Below are positions 19,596-29,088 of a stretch of DNA of 64,000 nt, piece by piece. Where the stretch lies: positions 1 through 64,000 of the forward strand of contig JACMLN010000098.1 of the NCBI GenBank assembly GCA_014379585.1, given 5' to 3'. A model generated the notes under the pieces. It saw nothing but the letters and a program-made list of their open reading frames with translations. It was not told the DNA's origin and did no database searches. This DNA is from Gloeobacterales cyanobacterium ES-bin-313 (GTDB taxonomy: Bacteria > Cyanobacteriota > Cyanobacteriia > Gloeobacterales > Gloeobacteraceae). The number at the start of each line of letters is the position of its first letter. The first letter of the stretch is position 1. Both the position numbers and the translations under genes were made by a program.

Positions 19596-21020
19596 TTAGA
19601 GTTTATCGACGGCTTCGTATTCGAACTTGATTTCCTTCCAGAGTTCGCAGGCGGCAGCCAGTTCAGGACTCCAGCGGCAAGCTTCACGGATGATGTCTCC
19701 GCCTTCGCGCATCAAGTTGCGGCCTTCGTTGCGTGCCTTGAGGCAGGCTTCGAGGGCGACGCGGTTTGCTGTCGCGCCCGGTGCGTTGCCCCAGGGGTGA
19801 CCGAGGGTTCCACCACCGAACTGAAGCACGGAGTCATCGCCGAAGATGTCTACGAGGGCAGGCATGTGCCACACGTGGATACCACCGGAGGCAACAGCCA
19901 TGACACCAGGAAGCGAGGCCCAATCTTGGGTGAAGTAGATACCACGAGAGAGATCGCGTTCGACGTGGTCTTCGCGGAGCAAGTCTACGAAGCCCATGGT
20001 CGAAGCACGTTCGCCTTCGAGCTTACCGACGACGGTGCCTGTGTGGATGTGGTCACCACCGGAGAGGCGCAAGGTCTTCGCCAAGACGCGGAAGTGGATA
20101 CCGTGGTTCTTTTGACGGTCAATAACAGCGTGCATCGCACGGTGAATATGCAGCAACATACCGTTGGCACGGCACCAGCGAGACAAGGACGTATTGGCGG
20201 TGAAACCAGCCGTCAAGTAGTCGTGCATGATGATCGGGGAACCGATTTCTTTGGCGAATTCGGCGCGCTCGAACATTTGTTCGACAGTGGGTGCGGTGCA
20301 GTTCAGGTAGTGACCCTTGATTTCGCCTGTTTCTGCTTGAGACTTGGAGATCGCATCTTGCACAAACAAGAAACGGTCGCGCCAGCGCATAAAGGGCTGG
20401 GAGTTAATGTTTTCGTCGTCCTTGGTGAAGTCCAAACCACCACGGAGACATTCGTACACGGCACGTCCGTAGTTCTTGGCGGACAGACCCAATTTGGGCT
20501 TGATGGTACAGCCAAGCAACGGACGACCGTACTTGTTGATTTTGTCGCGCTCAACGATGATGCCGTGGGGAGGCCCTTCGAAGGTCTTTGCGTAGGCAAT
20601 CGGGATGCGGATGTCTTCGAGGCGAAGGGCTTTGAGCGCTTTGAACCCGAATACGTTACCGACCAACGAAGTGAGCAAGTTGGTGACGGAACCTTCCTCA
20701 AACAAGTCCAGAGGATAGGCGATGTAGCAGATAAACTGGTTGTCTTCGCCAGCAACTTGCTCGATGTCGTAGCAGCGACCCTTGTAGCGATCTAGCTCCG
20801 TGAGCATGTCTGTCCAAACAGTCGTCCAGGTACCTGTGGAGGATTCTGCCGCAACAGCTGCTGCCGCTTCTTCAATCGGTACACCCGGCTGGGGTGTTAC
20901 ACGAAAAGCCGCCAGGATGTCTGTATCTCTTGGGGTGTAATCTGGGGTGTAATAGGTGAGCCGATAATCTTTAACGCCGGCTTGGAAACCACCTTTGTTC
21001 ATGGTCTGTGAGTACGACAC
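19596..21020 (-). CDS. rbcL: RuBisCO large subunit, form IB (probable GTG start at 21020, not the ATG at 21041)
   Basis: Full-length RbcL with [14 protein letters not shown] and catalytic-loop motifs; AAGGAGG lies 5 nt upstream of GTG 21020-21018. Confidence 0.95.
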   Translation of the reverse strand: MSYSQTMNKGGFQAGVKDYRLTYYTPDYTPRDTDILAAFRVTPQPGVPIEEAAAAVAAESSTGTWTTVWTDMLTELDRYKGRCYDIEQVAGEDNQFICYIAYPLDLFEEGSVTNLLTSLVGNVFGFKALKALRLEDIRIPIAYAKTFEGPPHGIIVERDKINKYGRPLLGCTIKPKLGLSAKNYGRAVYECLRGGLDFTKDDENINSQPFMRWRDRFLFVQDAISKSQAETGEIKGHYLNCTAPTVEQMFERAEFAKEIGSPIIMHDYLTAGFTANTSLSRWCRANGMLLHIHRAMHAVIDRQKNHGIHFRVLAKTLRLSGGDHIHTGTVVGKLEGERASTMGFVDLLREDHVERDLSRGIYFTQDWASLPGVMAVASGGIHVWHMPALVDIFGDDSVLQFGGGTLGHPWGNAPGATANRVALEACLKARNEGRNLMREGGDIIREACRWSPELAAACELWKEIKFEYEAVDKL

Positions 21021-21127
21021 GTCTACCTCCTTAAGTCTCATTGGTCAACGCGTAGGAGTCGTCGCTTCGCATTGCCTATGCAAAGCATCGTAGTAGTGTA
21101 GGGTTTATGAGTAAAGTCAATGATCCT

Positions 21128-21158
21128 TATGGATAGAGTAGAGTTTAGTCTATCCATA
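21128..21158. promoter_or_regulatory. LysR-type (T-N11-A) palindromic operator candidate between the divergent rbcL and ndhF3 operons
   Basis: TATGGATAGA-N11-TCTATCCATA, perfect 10-bp inverted arms read directly. Confidence 0.45.
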
Positions 21159-21353
21159 ATCTTTACTTTATGGGTCTATCAGACTTCTTTATACCCTAAC
21201 TTTAAAAATTGATCCAGAACGCAAATTTATGTTTCCATGAGGCAACAGAAAGCATAAACAAAAATCTATTCTTTTTATAAAAATCATTGACTTTTCATAA
21301 TGCAAAACCTTCTCTATCCTGATTTGCAGGACTGGTAGTAGGTATCGCGGATC

Positions 21354-23159
21354 ATGGCCGAAACGTTCATTCACTCTGTATGGCTGATTCCTTGTTATGG
21401 AATCGTTGGGATGCTCTTTGCCTTGCCTTGGTTTCCAGGGGTCATCCGGCGCACAGGCCCACGGCCTTCGGGGTATGTCAATCTCTTAATGACCCTATTC
21501 GGATTTTTGCACAGTCTTTTCACCTTTGTTTTGGTGTGGGGAAAGCCGGCACAGACCGAAAGTTTCACCTGGCTAGAGGCGGCAAACTTGAAGCTCAGCT
21601 TTGGATTTGAGATTTCTTCCTTGAGTGTTGGTGCCTTGGTGCTCATTACAGGACTTAACTTCCTGTCTCAAATCTTCGCAATTGGCTATCTAGAGATGGA
21701 TTGGGGTTGGGCACGGCTCTTTGCCCTCCTCGGTCTTTTTGAAGCAGGCATGGCAGCGCTCGTGCTTTGCGACAATTTATTTTTTAGCTACTGCATCCTC
21801 GAAATTCTGACCCTCGGCACCTACTTACTCGTTGGGTTCTGGTTTAACCAATCCTTGGTGGTATCGGGAGCGCGGGACGCTTTTTTGACAAAGCGCATCG
21901 GCGACTTATTGCTACTCATGGGCGTGATCGCTCTGCTCCCCTTGGCAGGTTCATGGAACTATCAAGATCTGGCACGTTGGGCGGCGAGAACAACTATCGA
22001 TCCGACCCTGGCAACCCTGCTGGGGCTGGCACTGATCTCTGGCCCCATCGGCAAATGTGCCCAGTTTCCCCTGCACCTCTGGCTCGATGAAGCCATGGAA
22101 GGACCACTGCCAGCGACTATTTTGAGAAATTCTTTAGTCGTCACCACGGGCGCATGGGTTTTAGTCAAAATCGCACCGATCCTTGCCCTATCGCCTGTAG
22201 TTTTAGGCACCTTAATTGTGATTGGTAGCATCAGCGCAGTCGGTGGCTCCTTGATCGCCATCGCCCAGATCGATATCAAACGCGCTCTTTCTTTCTTGGT
22301 CAGTGCCTACTTAGGACTCGTTTTCATCGCCGTTGGTATTGGTCAAACCCAAGAAGCCCTACTTTTAATCCTCACCTTTTCGCTCTCCATGGCTTTGCTT
22401 GTGATGAGTGTAGGAGGAATTATCTGGAACTGCATGACCCAAGATCTTACCCAGTTTGGCGGACTGTGGTCGCGTCGTCCCATCTCAGCCATTGCTTTTC
22501 TTGTTGGTGCTGCAGGACTGGTTGCCTTTCCGCCTTTGGGAAGTTTCTGGGCTTTCCTGCAATTGGCTGAACAGGTTTCGCCCTGGCTGGTAGGGCTATT
22601 GCTGTTAGTGAACACCTTGACAGCGTTTGGTCTTGGGCGCGTTTTTGGGCTTGTCTTTGCTGGTGCAACCCATCCGATGACCGAACGGGCTCCGGAAGTG
22701 CACTGGCCAATGATGGTACCGACGACGCTCCTAGCTGGCTTCGTTCTCCATCTACCCATTGTGCTCTGGCAAGTTCAGCTCATACCAGCCCAATGGATCG
22801 ACACGACTTTGCTGTTTGCGATTGCACTTTCGACAAGCAGCATCTTCGGGGGGATTGCTGGTTTTCGTCTGCGATTGGCGCAACTACCCTGGCCTCGTGT
22901 CCAAGAGATGCTCGCTCGCGACTTTTACACAGGCGATATCTATCGGTTGAGTGTCGTTTTTGCAGTAGCACAAATATCCCAGATAGTTTCAATTGTTGAC
23001 CGCTACTTTGTCGATGGCCTGGTGAATTTGGTAGGCTATTTCTCGCTTCTGGGCGGCGAAAGTCTCAAGTATAGTACCAGCGGTAGAACCCAATTTTATG
23101 CCCTCACAATCCTGCTGGGAATTGTTGCTATGGGCTGTGCTGTTGCTGTGCATTTCTAG
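21354..23159 (+). CDS. ndhF3: NDH-1 subunit F3 (CO2-uptake NDH-1MS)
   Basis: 601-aa NuoL/NdhF-like antiporter subunit followed by ndhD3-cupA. Confidence 0.8.
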   Translation: MAETFIHSVWLIPCYGIVGMLFALPWFPGVIRRTGPRPSGYVNLLMTLFGFLHSLFTFVLVWGKPAQTESFTWLEAANLKLSFGFEISSLSVGALVLITGLNFLSQIFAIGYLEMDWGWARLFALLGLFEAGMAALVLCDNLFFSYCILEILTLGTYLLVGFWFNQSLVVSGARDAFLTKRIGDLLLLMGVIALLPLAGSWNYQDLARWAARTTIDPTLATLLGLALISGPIGKCAQFPLHLWLDEAMEGPLPATILRNSLVVTTGAWVLVKIAPILALSPVVLGTLIVIGSISAVGGSLIAIAQIDIKRALSFLVSAYLGLVFIAVGIGQTQEALLLILTFSLSMALLVMSVGGIIWNCMTQDLTQFGGLWSRRPISAIAFLVGAAGLVAFPPLGSFWAFLQLAEQVSPWLVGLLLLVNTLTAFGLGRVFGLVFAGATHPMTERAPEVHWPMMVPTTLLAGFVLHLPIVLWQVQLIPAQWIDTTLLFAIALSTSSIFGGIAGFRLRLAQLPWPRVQEMLARDFYTGDIYRLSVVFAVAQISQIVSIVDRYFVDGLVNLVGYFSLLGGESLKYSTSGRTQFYALTILLGIVAMGCAVAVHF

Positions 23160-23180
23160 TCAAAAGTAGGAGAACCAACC

Positions 23181-24671
23181 ATGTTGAGCGTCCTTGTTTG
23201 GCTGCCGATTATCGGTGCTGTGATCATTGGCCTACGCCCACAAAAGAACCAGGCAAGAAGCATCGCTCTGAGTGTTTCCTTCGGTTTGGTTGTTTGGAGT
23301 TTTTGGTTGCTCTTTCAATTCTCGTCCAGCCTTTCAACCATGCAGTTTATAGAAGCACTGCAATGGGTTCCGCAACTGGGTTTAAACTATCGTTTAGGCA
23401 TTGATGGACTTTCCTTGCCACTGGTCGTGCTTAGTTCAGTGCTAACTTGGGTTGCTATCTATAGCAGCAAGAGAGAGATTGAGCGCCCACGGCTTTACTA
23501 CGCACTGATCTTGTTGGTTAATGCGGGGTTAGCAGGCGGATTTTTGGTGCAAAACCTTTTGCTGTTTGCCCTGTTTTACGAATTAGAACTGGTGCCAATT
23601 TATTTGCTGATTGCGATCTGGGGTGGCACCGAAAGGCGTGGCTATGCTGCGATTAAATTTCTCACCTACACAGCTGTTTCTGGATTTCTGATTCTCTCGG
23701 CTTTCTTGGGTATTGGCTTTTTGGCGGGCAGTGAAGCATTCTCTTACAATCCGCAGTTGATCGCAGCTCTGCCGATTGCAACCCAAGTTGTTTTATTGAG
23801 CTTAATTTTGTTCGGCTTTGGGATCAAAATACCCCTCTTCCCCCTGCATACCTGGCTTCCCGATGCCTACGCCGAAGCTTCACCACCCGTCGCCATCTTG
23901 CTCGGTGGCGTGCTCGCCAAACTGGGAACCTACGGCCTAGTTCGCTTTGGCCTGAATCTTTTTCCTGAAGCCTGGCACCTGCTTGCCCCTGGATTGGCTG
24001 TCCTCGGTGCTGTGAGTGCGATTTACGGTTCCCTCGTTGCCCTCGCCCAAAAAGATATCAAGTTGATGGTGGCCTACAGTTCCATCGGTCACATGGGCTA
24101 TATTCTGCTCGCCATCGCTGCGGCAACGCCCCTGAGTCTTTTGGGTGCTGTTCTCCAAATGGTTAGCCACGGCTTGATCTTGGCCATGCTCTTCTATCTG
24201 GTGGGTCTCATCGAGGCGAAAGTCGGTACCCGCGACCTCGATGGCCTGAATGGCCTGATGAATCCCGTACGCGGCTTGCCTTTGATCAGTGCTCTGTTGA
24301 TTCTGGCAGGCATGGCCAGTGCTGGTATTCCTGGTCTCGTCGGATTTATCGCTGAATTTCTCGTCCTCCAGGGCAGCTTCGTTCCCTACCCAATTCCGAC
24401 CCTGCTCTGCGTCGTCTGTAGTGGTCTCACGGCGGTCTACTTCGTGATCTTGATCAGCCGCACCTGCTTCGGGAAATTGGACAATGCCACTGCTTATTAT
24501 CCAAGCGTGCTTTGGTCTGAACGCATACCAGCCCTGCTCTTGGCTGGCCTCATTCTCCTCTTTGGACTCCAGCCCTCTTGGCTCACCCACTGGAGCGAGA
24601 CCACCACGACCGCCCTTGCTAGCCAAATTAAAATCGCCGCCGCCGCCAACTTTCCAGGAGACCTGCCATGA
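23181..24671 (+). CDS. ndhD3: NDH-1 subunit D3
   Basis: 496-aa NuoM/NdhD-like; ATGA overlap with cupA. Confidence 0.8.
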   Translation: MLSVLVWLPIIGAVIIGLRPQKNQARSIALSVSFGLVVWSFWLLFQFSSSLSTMQFIEALQWVPQLGLNYRLGIDGLSLPLVVLSSVLTWVAIYSSKREIERPRLYYALILLVNAGLAGGFLVQNLLLFALFYELELVPIYLLIAIWGGTERRGYAAIKFLTYTAVSGFLILSAFLGIGFLAGSEAFSYNPQLIAALPIATQVVLLSLILFGFGIKIPLFPLHTWLPDAYAEASPPVAILLGGVLAKLGTYGLVRFGLNLFPEAWHLLAPGLAVLGAVSAIYGSLVALAQKDIKLMVAYSSIGHMGYILLAIAAATPLSLLGAVLQMVSHGLILAMLFYLVGLIEAKVGTRDLDGLNGLMNPVRGLPLISALLILAGMASAGIPGLVGFIAEFLVLQGSFVPYPIPTLLCVVCSGLTAVYFVILISRTCFGKLDNATAYYPSVLWSERIPALLLAGLILLFGLQPSWLTHWSETTTTALASQIKIAAAANFPGDLP

Positions 24672-25951
24672 CCGTTACTGCAACCAAGTTGCCACCTTCA
24701 AAGCATCCCTACGCCGAAGTCATCCACCGCCTCGAAGCCGGTGGTGCCATGCTCCCGGACACCCCCGAAAATCTCATGCAGATCATCGGTCTATACAAAG
24801 CCTACGCCGTCCCCATGGATTTTTACTGGCGGGATCTTTTGTATATTGCTGAACGCGTTTTTCTAGAGCCGTTGCCCTTCTTCAAGTACTTTTTGCCCAA
24901 GGAGTACCTCGACCTTCCCAACCACTACGCCGGAGACACCGCCGACCTGATGATCTGGCGGGGTCAAGCCACCGCCCACCCAGAACTACTCGCCTTTATG
25001 GAGCGGGGGGAAACAGGTAAAATGCCACGGCTTTTTCATCACCTTTGGCACGACCGGATCAACATGGAATTTGCCGAGATGTGTATGCGCAGTATGCTCT
25101 GGCATCGGGGCATGGGGGGGCGCTTCGATCCCTATCTCGATTCCGAAGAGTACAAAGCGAATGCCAACCGCGCCATCGAAGCCTACTTTCGGGGCAACCC
25201 GGCCATGCTCAGTCTTCACAAACTTTTTCCCGAAATGTTCTTAGAACAGTGCCGACAGATGTCCTACTACAGCAATCTCGGATTGTTCTGGGAAGTGATG
25301 GCTCCGGTTTTCTTTGAAATGTCAGATCTTTACGATGAAGGCAAGATGACGAGCGTCCCCCAGGCCATGCAATTTCTGGTAAATGGCATTTTCGCCATCG
25401 CCGGACGACCCATCTACCACCACGTTTACATCAAAGGGGAATGCTTCGAGATCATTCCAAAGTCAAAAGGATTCACATGGCTCTACGAAGCTGCCTTGCC
25501 CTACGTCGAAGCTGTCTTCTATCGAACCGCTCCTTTTCGGGGCACCAAGTCCTACAATGCTCAGGCGAACCAAATCCCCGCTGATCAAAAAGACTTTCAC
25601 TACGGAATTCTCTACGCCGATGTTTTTCCAGTCGGTACTGCCGGGATTCCGCCCACTCTTTTGATGCAGGATATGCTGCACTTCTTGCCACCCTACTTAG
25701 TTGAATATTACAGTAAATATTGCCGTGGCCAAGAAGACATGCTGATTCAACTCGGCGTTAGTTTTCAACGTTCGATGTTCTGTGTCACCTCCGCAGTCAT
25801 CCAGGCATTACGTCAGGCATTGCTCTATCCACTGGACGATCCCAATCCTCGCCATCTCCTCAAGAACCGCACTTTTTTCGAGGGACAAATGGATCGTTTC
25901 TTGCGCCCAGAAGCGAGACTTAACGCCATCCAAAACCAAGCCTATCGTTAA
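24668..25951 (+). CDS. cupA: CO2 hydration protein CupA/ChpY
   Basis: Soluble 427-aa protein in the canonical position after ndhD3. Confidence 0.8.
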   Translation: MTVTATKLPPSKHPYAEVIHRLEAGGAMLPDTPENLMQIIGLYKAYAVPMDFYWRDLLYIAERVFLEPLPFFKYFLPKEYLDLPNHYAGDTADLMIWRGQATAHPELLAFMERGETGKMPRLFHHLWHDRINMEFAEMCMRSMLWHRGMGGRFDPYLDSEEYKANANRAIEAYFRGNPAMLSLHKLFPEMFLEQCRQMSYYSNLGLFWEVMAPVFFEMSDLYDEGKMTSVPQAMQFLVNGIFAIAGRPIYHHVYIKGECFEIIPKSKGFTWLYEAALPYVEAVFYRTAPFRGTKSYNAQANQIPADQKDFHYGILYADVFPVGTAGIPPTLLMQDMLHFLPPYLVEYYSKYCRGQEDMLIQLGVSFQRSMFCVTSAVIQALRQALLYPLDDPNPRHLLKNRTFFEGQMDRFLRPEARLNAIQNQAYR

Positions 25952-26002
25952 TTTCGCTTTCAAAAAAGTGGCAGAAAGCAACAACCATTTTTAGGGAATA
26001 CC

Positions 26003-26404
26003 ATGCCTACCATCGTCGATATTGCCATTTCATCGGACAGTTTCAAAACCCTTGTCGCCGCAGTTCAGGCGGCTGGATTGGTGGAAGTCTTACAAAGTCC
26101 TGGCCCCTTTACCGTCTTCGCCCCCACCGATCAAGCCTTTGCGAAACTCCCACCAGGAACGATTACTACCCTCGTTCAAAATCCACCCCAACTTGGCCGC
26201 ATTTTGACTTATCACGTCCTAGCAGGCAAGTTCACCTCCACTGATCTCGCCAAACAATCAACTTGGACTTCCGTGGAAGGTGCAGAAATTCCGATCAACT
26301 TTGAAGAAGGTTTTGAGGTCAAGAATGCAACAGTGATTGCCGCCGATATTGAAGCAGATAACGGAATTATTCATGTAATCGACAACGTCATCTTAATGGG
26401 TTGA
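26003..26404 (+). CDS. cupS: CupS-like small NDH-1MS subunit with a fasciclin (FAS1) fold
   Basis: [11 protein letters not shown] ... ILTYHV fasciclin motifs; synteny after cupA. Confidence 0.55.
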   Translation: MPTIVDIAISSDSFKTLVAAVQAAGLVEVLQSPGPFTVFAPTDQAFAKLPPGTITTLVQNPPQLGRILTYHVLAGKFTSTDLAKQSTWTSVEGAEIPINFEEGFEVKNATVIAADIEADNGIIHVIDNVILMG

Positions 26405-26635
26405 TACCGATTCATAAACAGCAAATTCTTCCTACCACGCGTAGCGCAATAGGGTTGGGACGCGCAGCGTCATACCTACCGTGCCACCAGTCCACAGATT
26501 GTGGTGGTTGCGCACCCGAGCGCAACCTGAGACAAAGCCTGCGCAACCACTGAACACTAAGCATCAAGCCACTAAAGTTCGCCGAGGGGGTTTGGGGGAC
26601 GGGCGCGTCCGTCCCCCAAGGGGCGGGAGTCCAGA

Positions 26636-26660
26636 GGGCGGGGCTTGCCCCTGCCTTTTG
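26636..26660 (+). terminator. putative intrinsic terminator of the ndhF3 operon
   Basis: GC stem GGGC/GGGG ... CCCC/GCC followed by TTTT. Confidence 0.3.
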
Positions 26661-26725
26661 GTGCCGTTCGCCATCGCTTCATCCGTAGCCAAAAGCTCAG
26701 CGCCAAAGTGCCCTATCTATTCCCA

Positions 26726-28042
26726 TTAACTCACCCGCAGTTGCAGCTTCCCCTCACGAATCCGACGGGCGTACCAGTGGATGAGGGCACGGGCAAGGCG
26801 GCGAGAACTGTGTCGAGAACGAGCATTCGGGCTATCCTCCATGATGTTGGCGAGAGCAACAGTAAGCCCCATCAACGCCAGCTTTTCACGATCGACAGGC
26901 ACTGCTCCCCCATCGCGTACACTCTGAAGCGACGGAGCCTCTTTGTGAACCATCACCGCATCACAGACCCTCCCTCCAGCTGCAGATTCAAGGGCACGGA
27001 CGTGATCACTGACGCTGTAGCCATCGGTTTCGCCCCGTTGGGCCATGACATTGCAGACGTAGATCCGGCAAGCACCACTCTTTTTAATCGCTTCGGCAAT
27101 TTCAGGCACAAGTAAGTTAGGCGCAATACTTGTATACAGCGAACCGGGGCCAATGATGATCAATTCCGCATCGCGGATCGCTTCGACCACTTGCGGAAGC
27201 GCACGGGGTCGTTCGGGGGTACAGCCGATGTGAGTAATCCGGCCTTGAGCATTCGGAATATTCGATTCACCTTCGATGCGGCGGCCATCGGCCATCTCTG
27301 CCCAAAGGGTCACATTTTCTAAAGTGGCAGGCAGCACTCGACCCCGAATAGCGAGAACCCGCGAACTGGCCTCCAGCCCCTTTTCAAGATCCCCAGCCAC
27401 TTCGGACATGGCGGTCAAAAAGAGGTTGCCAAAGGAGTGACCCGCCAACCCTTCACCACTTTTGAAACGGTACTGAAAGAGTTCGGTCAGTAGACGTTCT
27501 TCATCCGCCAGTGCTGCGAGGCAGTTTCGCAGATCCCCCGGCGGCAAGACCCCAAATTCTTGGCGTAGACGGCCAGAACTGCCGCCATCGTCGGCCACAG
27601 TGACAATAGCAGTGATGTTGGAACTGTAATTTTTCAGACCACGCAGCAGTGTCGAAAGTCCTGTCCCACCGCCAATGGCGACGATCTTCGGGCCACGACT
27701 GAGGCGACGGCGGCGAAAGAGTTTTTCGACTAAGTCATCTTCTCCATCTGGGGAAAGCACTTCAGTGATCGAATCGAGCACCGACCGCAGACCAAAAATC
27801 ATCAGAGCAATCCCAAAGGCGAGCACAAAGGGGCCACTGATGTCGTTTGGAATCACTTTGGCCAAATTGCGCAGCATCTTCCAGCTATTCGCGATCGGGC
27901 GCAGATCGATCCAGATCGCCAAACCGACACTGGTCATCACCGTCCCAAGCACAGCTAGAGCGAGCCAACGCTTGACCTGCATCCCAGGGTAAAGCCACTT
28001 GCCAAACTGCTCTGTGAGCTTTCGTGCCTGCAGAAGCTTCAT
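26726..28042 (-). CDS. YvcK/CofD-like gluconeogenesis factor with N-terminal TM segments
   Basis: IVAIGGGTG and TVADDGGSSG motifs; ORF extends to 28114 but MKLLQ at 28042 avoids overlap with the upstream gene. Confidence 0.75.
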   Translation of the reverse strand: MKLLQARKLTEQFGKWLYPGMQVKRWLALAVLGTVMTSVGLAIWIDLRPIANSWKMLRNLAKVIPNDISGPFVLAFGIALMIFGLRSVLDSITEVLSPDGEDDLVEKLFRRRRLSRGPKIVAIGGGTGLSTLLRGLKNYSSNITAIVTVADDGGSSGRLRQEFGVLPPGDLRNCLAALADEERLLTELFQYRFKSGEGLAGHSFGNLFLTAMSEVAGDLEKGLEASSRVLAIRGRVLPATLENVTLWAEMADGRRIEGESNIPNAQGRITHIGCTPERPRALPQVVEAIRDAELIIIGPGSLYTSIAPNLLVPEIAEAIKKSGACRIYVCNVMAQRGETDGYSVSDHVRALESAAGGRVCDAVMVHKEAPSLQSVRDGGAVPVDREKLALMGLTVALANIMEDSPNARSRHSSRRLARALIHWYARRIREGKLQLRVS

Positions 28043-28053
28043 GAAATGGACTC

Positions 28054-28917
28054 CTAGTGCGGATGGGGTTTGAGATCGCGGTGGGTCGTATCGCACCGAA
28101 AGCCTTCCTGGCAAAGATCAGCGGCGAGGCGTTCAACAAATGCCACTGAGCGGTGCTGTCCGCCAGTACACCCGATGGCGATCAGCAGTTGGCTACGGCG
28201 ATCTTGGCAGTATTGTGCAAGCAAAAACTGCAACATCCCTGAGAGCTGACGGTAAGTTTCCTGGGCTTGGTTCCCAGCCATCACGTAGTCGCGCACAGGC
28301 GCATCAAGGCCACTCAAGGGGCGTAGAGCTTCAAGATAAAATGGATTAGGCAAGAAGCGGATATCGAGAACAAACTGTGCATCTTTGGGTAGACCATGTT
28401 TAAAGCCGAAGCTCATGATCGTAATTGGCAGTTCTGGGGCTGTCTCAAGCACAAGCGCTTCCAGTCTTTGTCGCAGTTGATTACTACTCAGTGTGCTTGT
28501 ATCGATTACTTCATCGGCAAGGTGGCGCACCGATTCGAGGGCTTCCCGCTCAGCTTGGATAGCACCCAACAAGCTTTTGGTTCGCCCAAACCAAGGGTGA
28601 GGTCGGCGAGAGAGGGCATAGCGGCCCAAGAGCACTTCGTCGCTGCATTCTAAAAATAGGTGCATGGGCTTCCGCCCAGAGGCTTTCAGTGCCAAGCCGA
28701 TCTCCAAAACCGCATTCGCCAGATCGTCATCGGGCCGAATATCGATGCGAAGCACTAACCGAGGATTGCGTGGTGTGTAAATTTCCACAAGCGTGCTGAT
28801 CAGCCCAGGCAAAACGTGATCGAGAGCTAGAAAGCCTAGATCCTCCAGCAAGCGTAGGGTTTCTGTCCCCCCAGCCCCTGAAAGCGATGTCAACACAATC
28901 GTATCTACTGAAGACAT
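28054..28917 (-). CDS. RapZ/YvcJ-like protein with a degenerate Walker A
   Basis: C-terminal GCTGGQHRSVAFVERLA motif; N-terminal LSGAGGTET lacks the lysine of GxxxxGK[ST]. Confidence 0.6.
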   Translation of the reverse strand: MSSVDTIVLTSLSGAGGTETLRLLEDLGFLALDHVLPGLISTLVEIYTPRNPRLVLRIDIRPDDDLANAVLEIGLALKASGRKPMHLFLECSDEVLLGRYALSRRPHPWFGRTKSLLGAIQAEREALESVRHLADEVIDTSTLSSNQLRQRLEALVLETAPELPITIMSFGFKHGLPKDAQFVLDIRFLPNPFYLEALRPLSGLDAPVRDYVMAGNQAQETYRQLSGMLQFLLAQYCQDRRSQLLIAIGCTGGQHRSVAFVERLAADLCQEGFRCDTTHRDLKPHPH

Positions 28918-29088
28918 AGCAGAACCAAAGCACGGAAGCTATTGTACGGTATCTGCCATAGACTCCCCTCTGCGGGGGATTGCAGGCATTCAAAAATGAG
29001 CGCTTACTTTCCTAAAATGGGGTATTATGTACAGTTAATACAGCCTGTTTAAATTTCATTAAGAAACATTTCGAATAAGAAGGAGATA

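Noticed and set aside
19572-20795. 407-aa plus-strand ORF antisense to rbcL
   Set aside because: rbcL on the opposite strand is unambiguous; the plus-strand ORF is a GC-driven shadow frame.
26481-27115. ORFs 26481-26729 and 26645-27115 in or over the GC-rich spacer
   Set aside because: R/G/P-rich translations; the second is antisense to the yvcK-like gene; the region is better explained as structured non-coding DNA.
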